Origin: an uncultured Verrucomicrobiae bacterium
Lineage (GTDB): Bacteria; Verrucomicrobiota; Verrucomicrobiia; Limisphaerales; Palsa-1400
Assembly (NCBI GenBank): GCA_963764165.1
Contig: CAVXRD010000001.1
Span: forward strand, 960,001 to 1,024,000
Direction of reading: 5' to 3'
Length of the DNA stretch: 64,000 bases
Below are positions 38,078 through 46,723 of the stretch, in pieces. Every line of letters begins with the position of its first letter. Position 1 is the first letter of the stretch. The notes beneath the pieces were generated by a model, which was not told the origin of the DNA, did not search any database, and was given only the letters and a program-made list of their open reading frames with translations. The position numbers were made by a program, and so were the translations under genes.

Positions 38078-39223
38078 TAGTCTTCCTCGTCTTTGACGCC
38101 GGCCATGCGTTTGAGCGGGCAGCCGGCGCGCAGCCACGCGTTGACGAATGGGTCCAAATTGCCGTCCATGACGCCCTGGACATTGCTTGTTTCCTCGCCG
38201 GTGCGCAGGTCTTTCACCATGCGATACGGCTGGAAAACATAACTGCGAATCTGGTGTCCAAAGCCAATCGAGCCTTTCTCTCCGTAAAAGCGTTCCAATT
38301 CCGCTTTCTGCTCGTCAACCCGTTTGGCGTAAATTTTCGAAATCAACATGCGCATGGCGGTGGCGCGGTTTTGATGCTGTGATCGCTGGCCTTGCGATGC
38401 GGCAATCAAGCCCGTGGGCAAGTGCGTGATGCGGACGGCTGTTTCCACTTTGTTGACGTTCTGCCCGCCCTTGCCGCCGGAGCGATACGTGTCCACCTGC
38501 AATTCGGCGGGCGGAAGAACGATATCCGAACTCGTCTCCTCGATTTCCGCGATGACGTCGACGCTGGCGAAACTGGTGTGGCGGCGCTTATTGGAATCGT
38601 AAGGAGAAATGCGGACGAGGCGATGGACGCCGCGCTCGGCTTTGCAGAAACCGTAGGCGCATTCGCCGTTGATCAGCAGCGTGGCGCTCTTGATGCCCGC
38701 CGTTTCGCCGAGCAGGACATCCGATACTTCAACTTCCCAGCCGCGATTTTCGCACCAGCGCTGGTACATGCGCAGGAGCATGTCCGCCCAGTCGCAAGCT
38801 TCCGTGCCGCCCGCGCCGGAGTTAATGCTGAGGATGCAATTGTTCCTGTCGTGCGGGCCGTTGAGAAAAACCCGCAGCTCAATGCTCTCCAGCTCACTGG
38901 TGAATTTCGCCAGGTCGCGCTCCAGTTCGGCTTCGTGGCGGGGCTGTTCGCTGGCAGGCTCGTCTTGCACCAATTCGAGCATCGCCTTGAAATCTTCGGC
39001 CTGGCGCTCGGCTTTGAGGACGGGCTCCGTCTTTTTGCGGAGAGAATTGGCTTCGTCGATGAGGGCCTGGGCTTTTTCGCGGTTATTCCAGAAACCCTCC
39101 TGGGCCATCAACTGATCAAGTTCGGCGAGGCGTTTTTGAATTCCTGGCAAGTCAAAGAAACCTCCGCAGATGAGCAACTTTTTCCTCAGCGGCCGGCAAT
39201 TGAACTTTGATCTTGTCGAACAT
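38077..39223 (-). CDS. prfB: Peptide chain release factor 2 with programmed +1 frameshift
   Basis: The first segment MFDKIKVQLPAAEEKVAHLRRFL ends at CTT-TGA-C and continues DLPGIQ in the +1 frame. Motifs GAGGTEA, RISPY, GGQ, QIRSY. Confidence 0.95.
39151..39165 (-). promoter_or_regulatory. RF2 autoregulatory frameshift signal
   Basis: GGAGG-TTT-CTT-TGA-C on the minus strand: an internal SD, the slippery CTT and the UGA stop. Confidence 0.93.
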
Positions 39224-39366
39224 GATGGCGAAACATACAGCAAAAGCCTCCGGACGCAAAGGGCAAATGGGGCATTTCAAAGGCAGGGGCGCCTAGCCGA
39301 GGCTTCCGAGGACTTTCACAAGTCCGAACGCGCTCGAAAAACGCCGCAGCCTCGGACGCCTCGGCG

Positions 39367-41049
39367 GAGACTGTCTCAAAACGTTTTAGTCTGGCCGATC
39401 TGGTTATATGGGCACCAATAGGGGCTGTGGAAACGGGTGTCAACTTTTAGTTGTCAGAGCGTGGCTGGCGTCAGCGATGACGCCAAGCTTCCCTTTCCCT
39501 CCTTTTTTAGGCCGCCATCGCCAAATTTCCTTCAACCGCGGCGGTTTTGACTTCCATTTTCGGCGTCTGGACCCGGGCCTGCCACTTTTTATAGAGGATT
39601 CGCAGGTTCAAGGTGGCGCATAACAAGGCCCATTGGGCTTGCACGGCTTCCAGACCCCAAACTGTCCAACGCCGAAAGCCGTCGTGTTGCTTGAGCTGCC
39701 CAAACCGGCGTTCGATGATCTCTTTGCGCTTTCCATAAAGCGCGGCGGGTCCTGGCTCTTGCAGCCGGGCCCGCATGGCTTGCACCAGCGTGGTGTGCGG
39801 CCACACTTCGACTTGCCGCCCTTTGGGATCGCGGCTGCAGAGGGCGCGCACGGGACAGTCTCGGTGATGGCAGCGGAAGCGCTCAACGGTCTGGCCTTTC
39901 TTGGTGGTCTGGCCTTCGTGGTCCAGAAGGCGCTCTTGCGGGCAGGTGACGGTGTGGGCCGCCTCGTCATAATGAAAATGCTGCGTCGCGTAGGCGTTGT
40001 CGTGGGCTGGCTTGCCCTCCGCCGGCGGGGCCAGCACATTCATCTGCTGTTCCACGGCCGCTTTCAAGTCGGCCCCGCCCCCATAGCCGGCGTCGGCGGC
40101 GGTGAGGGTTGGAATGGCCGCCGGACCGAGGTTTTGCCTCGCTTCTTCAATCATGGGGACCAGCTGGCCGGCGTCGGTTTCCTGGCGGGTGGCTTGACAG
40201 GCGACCATGATGCCCTCCTGGCTGTCGGCCACCGCCTGGGCGTTGTAGGCAAAGCGGTTGGTGTCGCCGACTTTCATCCGGCGCGCCTCCGGTTCGGCTG
40301 GATGGTAATGGTGGCGCCCGTCGGCCTGCAGCTGGGCCAGGCCTTTTTTGATTTCCTCGCGCAGGGCCTGGCGCTGGGCCAACCCGGCGGGCAGCCGGCA
40401 GCCCGGTGCGCTGGAATCCTGGTTCTCCGCCACGACTTTGAGCTCGATTTCCTCCAAGGCGCCATCCAGCTGGGCCAGGAGCTTCTCCATGTAAACCTTG
40501 CTCCAGCCCTGCGGCCCGCTGCAGGCGGCTTGAATCTTGGTGCCGTCCAACGCTTGCAAGGCAAATCCCACCGCCCCGGTGCGGAGGGCCAGCTGCACGG
40601 TTTGCTTGAAAACCTGGCGCAGGGCCTTTTTGTTTCCGTCCCAGAACCGCCAGAGGCTGTTGTGGTCGGGGGCGTTGAGCCCCGTCAGCCACAGCAGCGA
40701 GACATGCTCCGTGCAGGCGGTTTCCAGCTTGCGGGTGGAGCGAATGCGGTGGAAATAACCGTAAAGCCAAATCTTGAGCAGGAGGCTGGGGGCATAGGGC
40801 GGACGGCCTTCGGCGGCGGCGGGAATGACAAACCCAAGCTGGGGCAGATCCAACTGGTCGACAAATTCGCGCAGGAAGCGGGCGGGATGGTCGGCGGACA
40901 CCCAGTCCTCCAGGGCGGGCGGGAGGAGGAACTGCTGTCCGTAATCAGGGGCAATCGGTTGAGCCATATTTGTTGAACGGCATTGTCAACTAAAGGCTCA
41001 CATATTGTCAAATACATTCCTCAAAAAACAGAAGTTTTGAGACAATCTC
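39367..41049 (-). mobile_element. IS1182-family insertion sequence, 1683 bp, inserted in a family A REP
   Basis: 16-bp TIRs GAGACTGTCTCAAAAC / GTTTTGAGACAATCTC (one mismatch). GGCG is duplicated at 39363-66 and 41050-53. Confidence 0.93.
39507..40967 (-). CDS. IS1182-family DDE transposase
   Basis: QQFLLPPALEDWV, GRPPYAP.LLLKIWLYGY...STRKLE, LDGTKIQA, AYNAQ, ADAGY, C-terminal Cys-containing insert, KRKEIIERRFGQLK. Confidence 0.93.
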   Translation of the reverse strand: MAQPIAPDYGQQFLLPPALEDWVSADHPARFLREFVDQLDLPQLGFVIPAAAEGRPPYAPSLLLKIWLYGYFHRIRSTRKLETACTEHVSLLWLTGLNAPDHNSLWRFWDGNKKALRQVFKQTVQLALRTGAVGFALQALDGTKIQAACSGPQGWSKVYMEKLLAQLDGALEEIELKVVAENQDSSAPGCRLPAGLAQRQALREEIKKGLAQLQADGRHHYHPAEPEARRMKVGDTNRFAYNAQAVADSQEGIMVACQATRQETDAGQLVPMIEEARQNLGPAAIPTLTAADAGYGGGADLKAAVEQQMNVLAPPAEGKPAHDNAYATQHFHYDEAAHTVTCPQERLLDHEGQTTKKGQTVERFRCHHRDCPVRALCSRDPKGRQVEVWPHTTLVQAMRARLQEPGPAALYGKRKEIIERRFGQLKQHDGFRRWTVWGLEAVQAQWALLCATLNLRILYKKWQARVQTPKMEVKTAAVEGNLAMAA

Positions 41050-41061
41050 GGCGAGGCGTCC

Positions 41062-41646
41062 CTACCTTAATTTCCAGCGCGCGTGCCATTGTTGCAGGGT
41101 GCTCACGAAATAACGATCCCGCTTGTGATTGACAACACCGATGAATGAATCGCCCAGCCGAATTGCAATTGCCAACGACCATACAAATAGGACGATTGTA
41201 ATTAGAAAATTCTGCCAGCCGTCGAGCGGCCATTGATGCCGCCAGAACCAAATCGGATTTTGCCGCAACGGGCCAAGATACATGATGGGCCAAAGATCAA
41301 TCGCATCGGGCCCCCGCGAACCGAGAAAATCGCACAGCACATGCAAATGAAACGCCACCAAAGCCAGGCCGAAGACGCGCCAGCGCTTGTGAGCGATGGC
41401 TGCCATGATTACGGCGCAAAGCAGGGCCGCTGGCAAACCGTGGCCGACAAAGTGATGGTATTTTGGATAATAATAATACTCGTATTTGCCGGAAGTCGTG
41501 GCGTCCTTATACCAGTCAACAAAAAGGCCCAAACCATCGAGATCCGGAATGACGCCAGCCAATGAAACCAATCGCCGGTCGCGCAAATTGTCGGTCGTTT
41601 TGGCGGCAATGATCCAACTGGCCAGCAAATGAGTTAATGGCGACAT
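41062..41646 (-). CDS. Membrane-bound metal-dependent hydrolase (YdjM-like)
   Basis: MSPLTH, IPDLDG, YHHFVGHG, HLHVLCD, several TM segments. The TAG stop lies in the REP GTAG. Confidence 0.8.
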   Translation of the reverse strand: MSPLTHLLASWIIAAKTTDNLRDRRLVSLAGVIPDLDGLGLFVDWYKDATTSGKYEYYYYPKYHHFVGHGLPAALLCAVIMAAIAHKRWRVFGLALVAFHLHVLCDFLGSRGPDAIDLWPIMYLGPLRQNPIWFWRHQWPLDGWQNFLITIVLFVWSLAIAIRLGDSFIGVVNHKRDRYFVSTLQQWHARWKLR

Positions 41647-41701
41647 TCCGAGAGCGAATTTGTCCGCCCCTCCAGCAAACACCAAAAACCATGTTTGGTT
41701 C

Positions 41702-42673
41702 TCACATTAATTTCAGTTTCGGCAAATCCTGCAGATCGATCAACCCCACCGGCTCGCGCTTCGCGTTGACGACAATCAAGTCGTCAATGTTGCGCTGGTT
41801 GAAAATCTTCAGCGCTTCAACTGCAAGCGCTTGGTCGCGAATGCAGATTGGGTTGTGCGTCATCACGGTCGAGAGCGGCTTGGATAAAATGTCCTGGTCG
41901 TCGGCGGTGCGGCGGCGGAGGTCGCCATCGGTAAAGACGCCCGTCAATTTTCCTTTCGCGCTGACAATGCTGACGCTGCCCGATTTCGCCCGGGTCATGA
42001 GCAGCAGGGCTTCCTTCACGGTAATGGTGTCGAAAGCCACGGCATTGCGATCGCCCGTGCGCATGATGTCGCAAACTTTCATCAGCAAGGCGCGCCCAAT
42101 CGCGCCGGACGGATGGTGCCGCGCGTAATCCTTCTCCTTGAAGCCGCGCGCCTGCAAGACCGTCATCGCCAGCGCGTCGCCCAGCGCGAGCGTGGCGGTG
42201 GTGCTGGCGGTCGGGGCCAGATTGAACGGACACGCTTCCTTCGGCACTTTGACGTTGAGCACGACATCGCTGTAGCGGGCGAGCGATGATTTGACGGAGC
42301 CGGTCATGGCAATGATCTTGACGGAGAAACGCTTCAATGCGCCGAGAAGATTCAGCAATTCCTCCGACTCGCCCGAATAGCTTAGCGCGAGAATGACATC
42401 CCCATCGCTGACAATCCCCAAATCGCCATGCAGCGCATCGACGCCATGCAGAAACACGCTGGTGGAACCAGTGCTGGTCAAAGTCGCGGCAATCTTCTGT
42501 CCGACGTTGCCGGATTTGCCGATGCCGACCACCACGATTTTGCCGCGCTGCCGCAAGGTCTCGATCACAATTTCGACTGCCTGGGTGAAAGAGCCGTCCA
42601 GTTGTTCGCGCACCGCTTTCAAACCTGCGATTTCGATGTCGAGCACTTGCCGCGCCTTGGCGAGATGATCCAT
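41702..42673 (-). CDS. kdsD: Arabinose-5-phosphate isomerase (KpsF/GutQ; SIS + 2 CBS)
   Basis: GIGKSG, HGDLG, SYSGESEE, EACPFNLAPTAST, HPSGAIG, GVFTDGDLRR. Confidence 0.93.
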   Translation of the reverse strand: MDHLAKARQVLDIEIAGLKAVREQLDGSFTQAVEIVIETLRQRGKIVVVGIGKSGNVGQKIAATLTSTGSTSVFLHGVDALHGDLGIVSDGDVILALSYSGESEELLNLLGALKRFSVKIIAMTGSVKSSLARYSDVVLNVKVPKEACPFNLAPTASTTATLALGDALAMTVLQARGFKEKDYARHHPSGAIGRALLMKVCDIMRTGDRNAVAFDTITVKEALLLMTRAKSGSVSIVSAKGKLTGVFTDGDLRRRTADDQDILSKPLSTVMTHNPICIRDQALAVEALKIFNQRNIDDLIVVNAKREPVGLIDLQDLPKLKLM

Positions 42674-42800
42674 GCCGCGAGGTTGCCAGCAAGCTGCGCG
42701 CAATTCAACCTGTCTTCCGAAGCCACGCTCTGCCACCCGGCAACCGCCTTCCAAACCAAAGTGCAATGCGTGAGGGAGCCCGACTGGCCGCGAAAAACCA

Positions 42801-43086
42801 AGGGTGCAATAGGGTGAAATAGAGTGCAACGCGCAGACCATGTATGGATTGCCCTGCGTATTGGCCCGCAGCCGTTCGGTTCGTTTCTGTTTTCAGTCGA
42901 ACGGGAACCCGGCGCCGCCGTTGTCGGGCATTTGCCTGCAGATACCAAGCAGGGCACTGGCAGCGCGCAGCATTCAATGCGCATATAATATAATCTCCAA
43001 AAACCAGTTACACCCGTTACATCGCTGAGCATCAACCAGATAACCCGCTGCATCTGCCGTTATGGACCCGCTACAAACCCGCTACA
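42801..43086. repeat. Two clusters of short phased direct repeats
   Basis: AGGGTGCAAT/AGGGTGAAAT/AGAGTGCAAC in tandem (42801-30). ACCCG(C/T)T(A/G)CA at 43012, 43043, 43066 and 43077, plus CCAGTTACA at 43004. Confidence 0.75.
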
Positions 43087-43124
43087 TTTCTTCAAGGCGG
43101 GAAGTCTCCGGGGGATCCGCAATA

Positions 43125-43186
43125 TTTCAAAGAACACGCCCTGAAGGCCACAGGGTGAAAATAAGGCCAAAAATTCCAAAAGTCAA
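43125..43186 (-). promoter_or_regulatory. Sigma70 promoter followed by a small hairpin and a boxA-like element
   Basis: Minus strand: TTGACT-N17-TATTTT, then CCCTG-tggcctt-CAGGG, then TGTTCTTTGAAA. Confidence 0.55.
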
Positions 43187-43267
43187 TTAATCTTGCACTT
43201 GCGCGTTTATGTGGTATTGTGCCCTTGTGGACATTCTGCGCAGCCGGACTAAATTGATACGGGTGCC

Positions 43268-44446
43268 ATGATGAAAATTTTATTGCTGTTTCTTATTTTC
43301 CTGGGTTGTTCCGCTGTCGTCGCGCAGCCTTTTGGCATAGCCAGATCCGCTTTCGCCTTCAACAAGTTCAGTTTCAAACTGCTTGCCCAATCGCGCCAGT
43401 CCCTGTCGAGGACAAATTATTTCCTCAGCCCAGCCGGGCTTGCCTTTGCGCTTTCGATGCTGGAAAACGGCGCGCAAGGGGAGACTTCGAATCAGATCAT
43501 GGCCACGCTTCAGGCCGAGGGGATTTCGCTGGATGAGCTAAATGAGAACAACAAACTTTTCACCCATTCGCTGGCCGCACTGAATGACTCGGTGAAGCTG
43601 GACATCGCCAATGCCATCTGGATCAACGGCAATGCGCCCGTAAAAAGCCGATTCATTTCTGTCAACCAGAAGTATTATGACGCGGCCGTGCAGAGCGAGA
43701 ATTTCAGCGACCCGCAAACCGTGGCCGATATCAACCACTGGGCCGCGGAAAAAACGAATCATAAGATATCCAAGATGTTCGATCCCCCGCTCGACCCCAC
43801 TCTGCAGCTTATCCTGCTGAACGCGATTTATTTTAAGGGGGCGTGGGAAGCCAAATTCGATGCGAATCAAACACACGAACTTCCTTTCACGCTGGCCGGC
43901 GGCGCAGTCATCCAGCATCCCCGGATGAGCCATTCGGCGCACTATCCTTATTACGAGGACGACCAATGCCAGATGGTGGAATTAAAATATAAAGGCGGCG
44001 ATCTCAGCATGGTCGTCGTGCTTCCGAAACAGCCGCTGGACGGGTTCTTGAAATCATTCGATGCCGCTCCATTTGAAAGGGCGCTGGGGAAATTGAAGCA
44101 AGGCAAAGGGACGGTCGAGATTCCGAAATTCAAAATCGAGAATGAGTACGAACTGAGCGGCGTCCTTCAATCCATGGGAATGAAGCTCGCTTTTAGCCCT
44201 AAAGCCGATTTTCGGGAGTTGTCCGACAATCCCCTCTTTGTGAGCTTTGTCAAACACAAGACTTATGTGGACGTGAACGAAGAAGGCACCGAAGCGGCGG
44301 CGGTGACAGCCGTTGGCGTCCGGGCCATGATCGCGATGAGAGAACACCCGTTCCAATTTGTGGTGGATCGCCCATTCCTGATGGCCATCCGCGACCGCAA
44401 GACTGGTTTGATTTTATTTCTTGGCGCTATTTTTGATCCTCGTTAA
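43268..44446 (+). CDS. Serpin family protein with signal peptide
   Basis: FLSPAG, IANAIW, LLNAIYFKGAW, IPKFKIE, VNEEGTEAAA hinge, FVVDRPF, ILFLG. Confidence 0.95.
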   Translation: MMKILLLFLIFLGCSAVVAQPFGIARSAFAFNKFSFKLLAQSRQSLSRTNYFLSPAGLAFALSMLENGAQGETSNQIMATLQAEGISLDELNENNKLFTHSLAALNDSVKLDIANAIWINGNAPVKSRFISVNQKYYDAAVQSENFSDPQTVADINHWAAEKTNHKISKMFDPPLDPTLQLILLNAIYFKGAWEAKFDANQTHELPFTLAGGAVIQHPRMSHSAHYPYYEDDQCQMVELKYKGGDLSMVVVLPKQPLDGFLKSFDAAPFERALGKLKQGKGTVEIPKFKIENEYELSGVLQSMGMKLAFSPKADFRELSDNPLFVSFVKHKTYVDVNEEGTEAAAVTAVGVRAMIAMREHPFQFVVDRPFLMAIRDRKTGLILFLGAIFDPR

Positions 44447-44602
44447 GCGCCAAGACTTGCTGGCCGTGCGCGGTGAAATTGGTCAGCCCGGAGGGTTTGG
44501 GCGATCCCAGAAAATTCATCAAGCGCGCACACAGCCCGCTGAGCAACCCAAACTTCTTTCCAGCGTGACCCTTTCCGGCCGATTCCATCATGGGCTTCAG
44601 CG

Positions 44603-46105
44603 TTACGCTTTGCCCGCGAGCTTTCCGTCGAGGCACTCGCGGACAACGCTGGCCAGGCGGCTGGGCGGATAGGGCTTGGCCAGGAAATTGAAACCTTCCA
44701 TCAGCGCAATGTCCTTGCCGGCCATGCCGGGACTGTAGCCGCTGGTGTAAATTACTTTCAGCGTCGCATCTTCGGCCAGAAGACGCTCGGCCAATTGGCG
44801 CCCGGACATCCCCTCGGGCATCACCATGTCTGTCAATAATAAATCTATTTCCGACCGGTGCTTGTCCCAGACCTTCAGCGCCTCCACGCCCGTGCGCGCC
44901 TGCAGGATGCGGTAGCCGCACAGCTCCAGCACGCTGACCACCAGCTCGCGCAAGGCGGGCTCGTCTTCCACCACCAGAATCGTTTCGTCGCCCAGCGACA
45001 TGGCGGATGGGGTCAGCAGCGGCGGGGGCGCGGCGGGCGGCGCGACCGGCTTCGCGCTGACGGGGAGGAAGATCGTGAAGATCGAGCCTTCGCCCGGCTT
45101 GCTGTCAACCACAACCCATCCGCGGTGCTGCTTGACGATTCCATAAACGGTCGCCAGCCCAAGACCGGTTCCCTTGCCGGGCTCCTTGGTGGTGAAAAAC
45201 GGCTCGAACATGTGGGCCAGGGTGTTCGCATCCATCCCGCAGCCTGTGTCCGCGACTGTCAAACAAACGAATTCTCCGGGCCGCGCCTCGGGGTTCAGCA
45301 GCGATGACACCGGCTCCAGCGTTTGCAGCGAAGTGGTCACCACCAGGCGCCCGCCATGGCGCATCGCGTCCTTGGCGTTGATGACCAGATTGAACAACAC
45401 CTGCTCAATCATCCCAACATCGATCCCCACGAAAGGAAGTTCGGGCGCGGCGGTGAATTCAAAGATGACATTCTCGCCGACCAAGCCATGGAGCATCGGC
45501 GTGATGCTCTGGATGACCTCGTTGAGCGACACCTGCCGCTGCTGCATGACTTGCTTGCGGCTGAACATGAGCAGTTGGTTGATGAGCTGGCTGGCGCGTT
45601 CGGCGGCGGCCGCGACCTGGCGGATGGAATTTTCGTTTTTCGGGCCGAGGTCGGGAATTTGCAGGAGCAATTCCGCGTGGCCCTGTATGATGGTCAGGAT
45701 GTTATTGAAATCGTGCGCCACGCCCGCCGCCAATTGGCCGACCGCCTCCATTTTCACCGAGTGCCGCAACTGCGATTCAAGGTTCAGGCGCTCGGTGATG
45801 TCCGAGCCGTAACAATGCACGCGGTTGCTGCCGGGGACCGGAATAAACTCCCACGAGAAGGTGCGCCCGAACCGGGTCGTGTGGACATTGGCGCGGCTTT
45901 CGCCGCTGGCAAGGCAGGCCAAGATGATGAGCGCCGTATCTTCCGGCACAACCGCGGCGAGCGATTCCTCGCCCAGCGCCTTGGCCAGCCTCTTGCCGGA
46001 CTCGTTGCAATAAGTCATCGATCCGTCCGCAGTGAATTCCACCACGGGATTCGGGTCGGTCATTGGAAACGACGCAAGCCGACGTATATGATCCTCTTGG
46101 TCCAT
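44603..46105 (-). CDS. Hybrid sensor kinase (PAS, HisKA, HATPase, receiver)
   Basis: [56 protein letters not shown]. Confidence 0.92.
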   Translation of the reverse strand: MDQEDHIRRLASFPMTDPNPVVEFTADGSMTYCNESGKRLAKALGEESLAAVVPEDTALIILACLASGESRANVHTTRFGRTFSWEFIPVPGSNRVHCYGSDITERLNLESQLRHSVKMEAVGQLAAGVAHDFNNILTIIQGHAELLLQIPDLGPKNENSIRQVAAAAERASQLINQLLMFSRKQVMQQRQVSLNEVIQSITPMLHGLVGENVIFEFTAAPELPFVGIDVGMIEQVLFNLVINAKDAMRHGGRLVVTTSLQTLEPVSSLLNPEARPGEFVCLTVADTGCGMDANTLAHMFEPFFTTKEPGKGTGLGLATVYGIVKQHRGWVVVDSKPGEGSIFTIFLPVSAKPVAPPAAPPPLLTPSAMSLGDETILVVEDEPALRELVVSVLELCGYRILQARTGVEALKVWDKHRSEIDLLLTDMVMPEGMSGRQLAERLLAEDATLKVIYTSGYSPGMAGKDIALMEGFNFLAKPYPPSRLASVVRECLDGKLAGKA

Positions 46106-46126
46106 GGATAGGGTTCCAGACAAATA

Positions 46127-46537
46127 TTACGGCGCCGCAACAGGCGCCGGGGTTTCACGTTTTCTGGCGGCGCCCAGCGCATGTTGTTGAATTCGTGCGC
46201 GAGTCCCGAAATCAGGTTTCAGGGCTTGTTCGGCCTGTTTCCGTTCAGTGATTTGCCGCTGTAAATTCCGCGCTCCTTCTTCTATCAATCGGAAAAACTC
46301 CTCATGCCGGCGGCGCACGGCCTCCACCGCCGCCAGCCCCGCCGCGAATGCGCCCGGCAAAATGACGCAAATAATTTGAAGGGCGCCGGAATCCAGCGAG
46401 AATGGCAGCGCCGCCAATGATCGGCCAGAGATGGTGCGCAATTCAAGGGCCGAGACCTGGAGACACGACACCGCCAAAGCAGCGGCCACCCATTGAATAT
46501 GGTGGCCCGGCAAGCTTTTCCAAAAATCAATCTGCAT
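46127..46537 (-). CDS. Small membrane ORF ending in a signalling-helix motif; possibly the detached N-terminus of the downstream kinase
   Basis: Two hydrophobic segments followed by LQRQITERKQAEQAL. Same frame as the kinase, separated by one TAA. Confidence 0.45.
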   Translation of the reverse strand: MQIDFWKSLPGHHIQWVAAALAVSCLQVSALELRTISGRSLAALPFSLDSGALQIICVILPGAFAAGLAAVEAVRRRHEEFFRLIEEGARNLQRQITERKQAEQALKPDFGTRARIQQHALGAARKRETPAPVAAP

Positions 46538-46723
46538 GTCGCGATACATTTTCACGGATATACCGGCAACGGCTTGAAGACAGCGGCCAATCCTAATTCC
46601 GAGTTTTTGAATTTCAACAAGAAAACGCGAGTCAACATCAAAAAAAAGCAATAAACATGCGGTTTTTAGGCACTTCCGGCTTTTTGCAATGGCCGCGCGA
46701 GTCTGCGCTGTTCTTATGACAGC

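Noticed and set aside
38595..38610. RF2 SPY instead of the SPF motif
   Set aside because: A conservative variant that I recall from other bacterial RF2s. It is not evidence of altered stop-codon usage.
38077..39243. ORF-track start for prfB at 39243
   Set aside because: An artefact of the programmed frameshift. The real start is ATG 39223 in another frame.
39633..40976. 447-aa ORF antisense to the transposase
   Set aside because: Shadow ORF with no domain signal.
42801..43086. Possible CRISPR mini-array after the boxA-like element
   Set aside because: The repeats are only ~10 bp with irregular 0-21 bp gaps, and there are no cas genes in the window.
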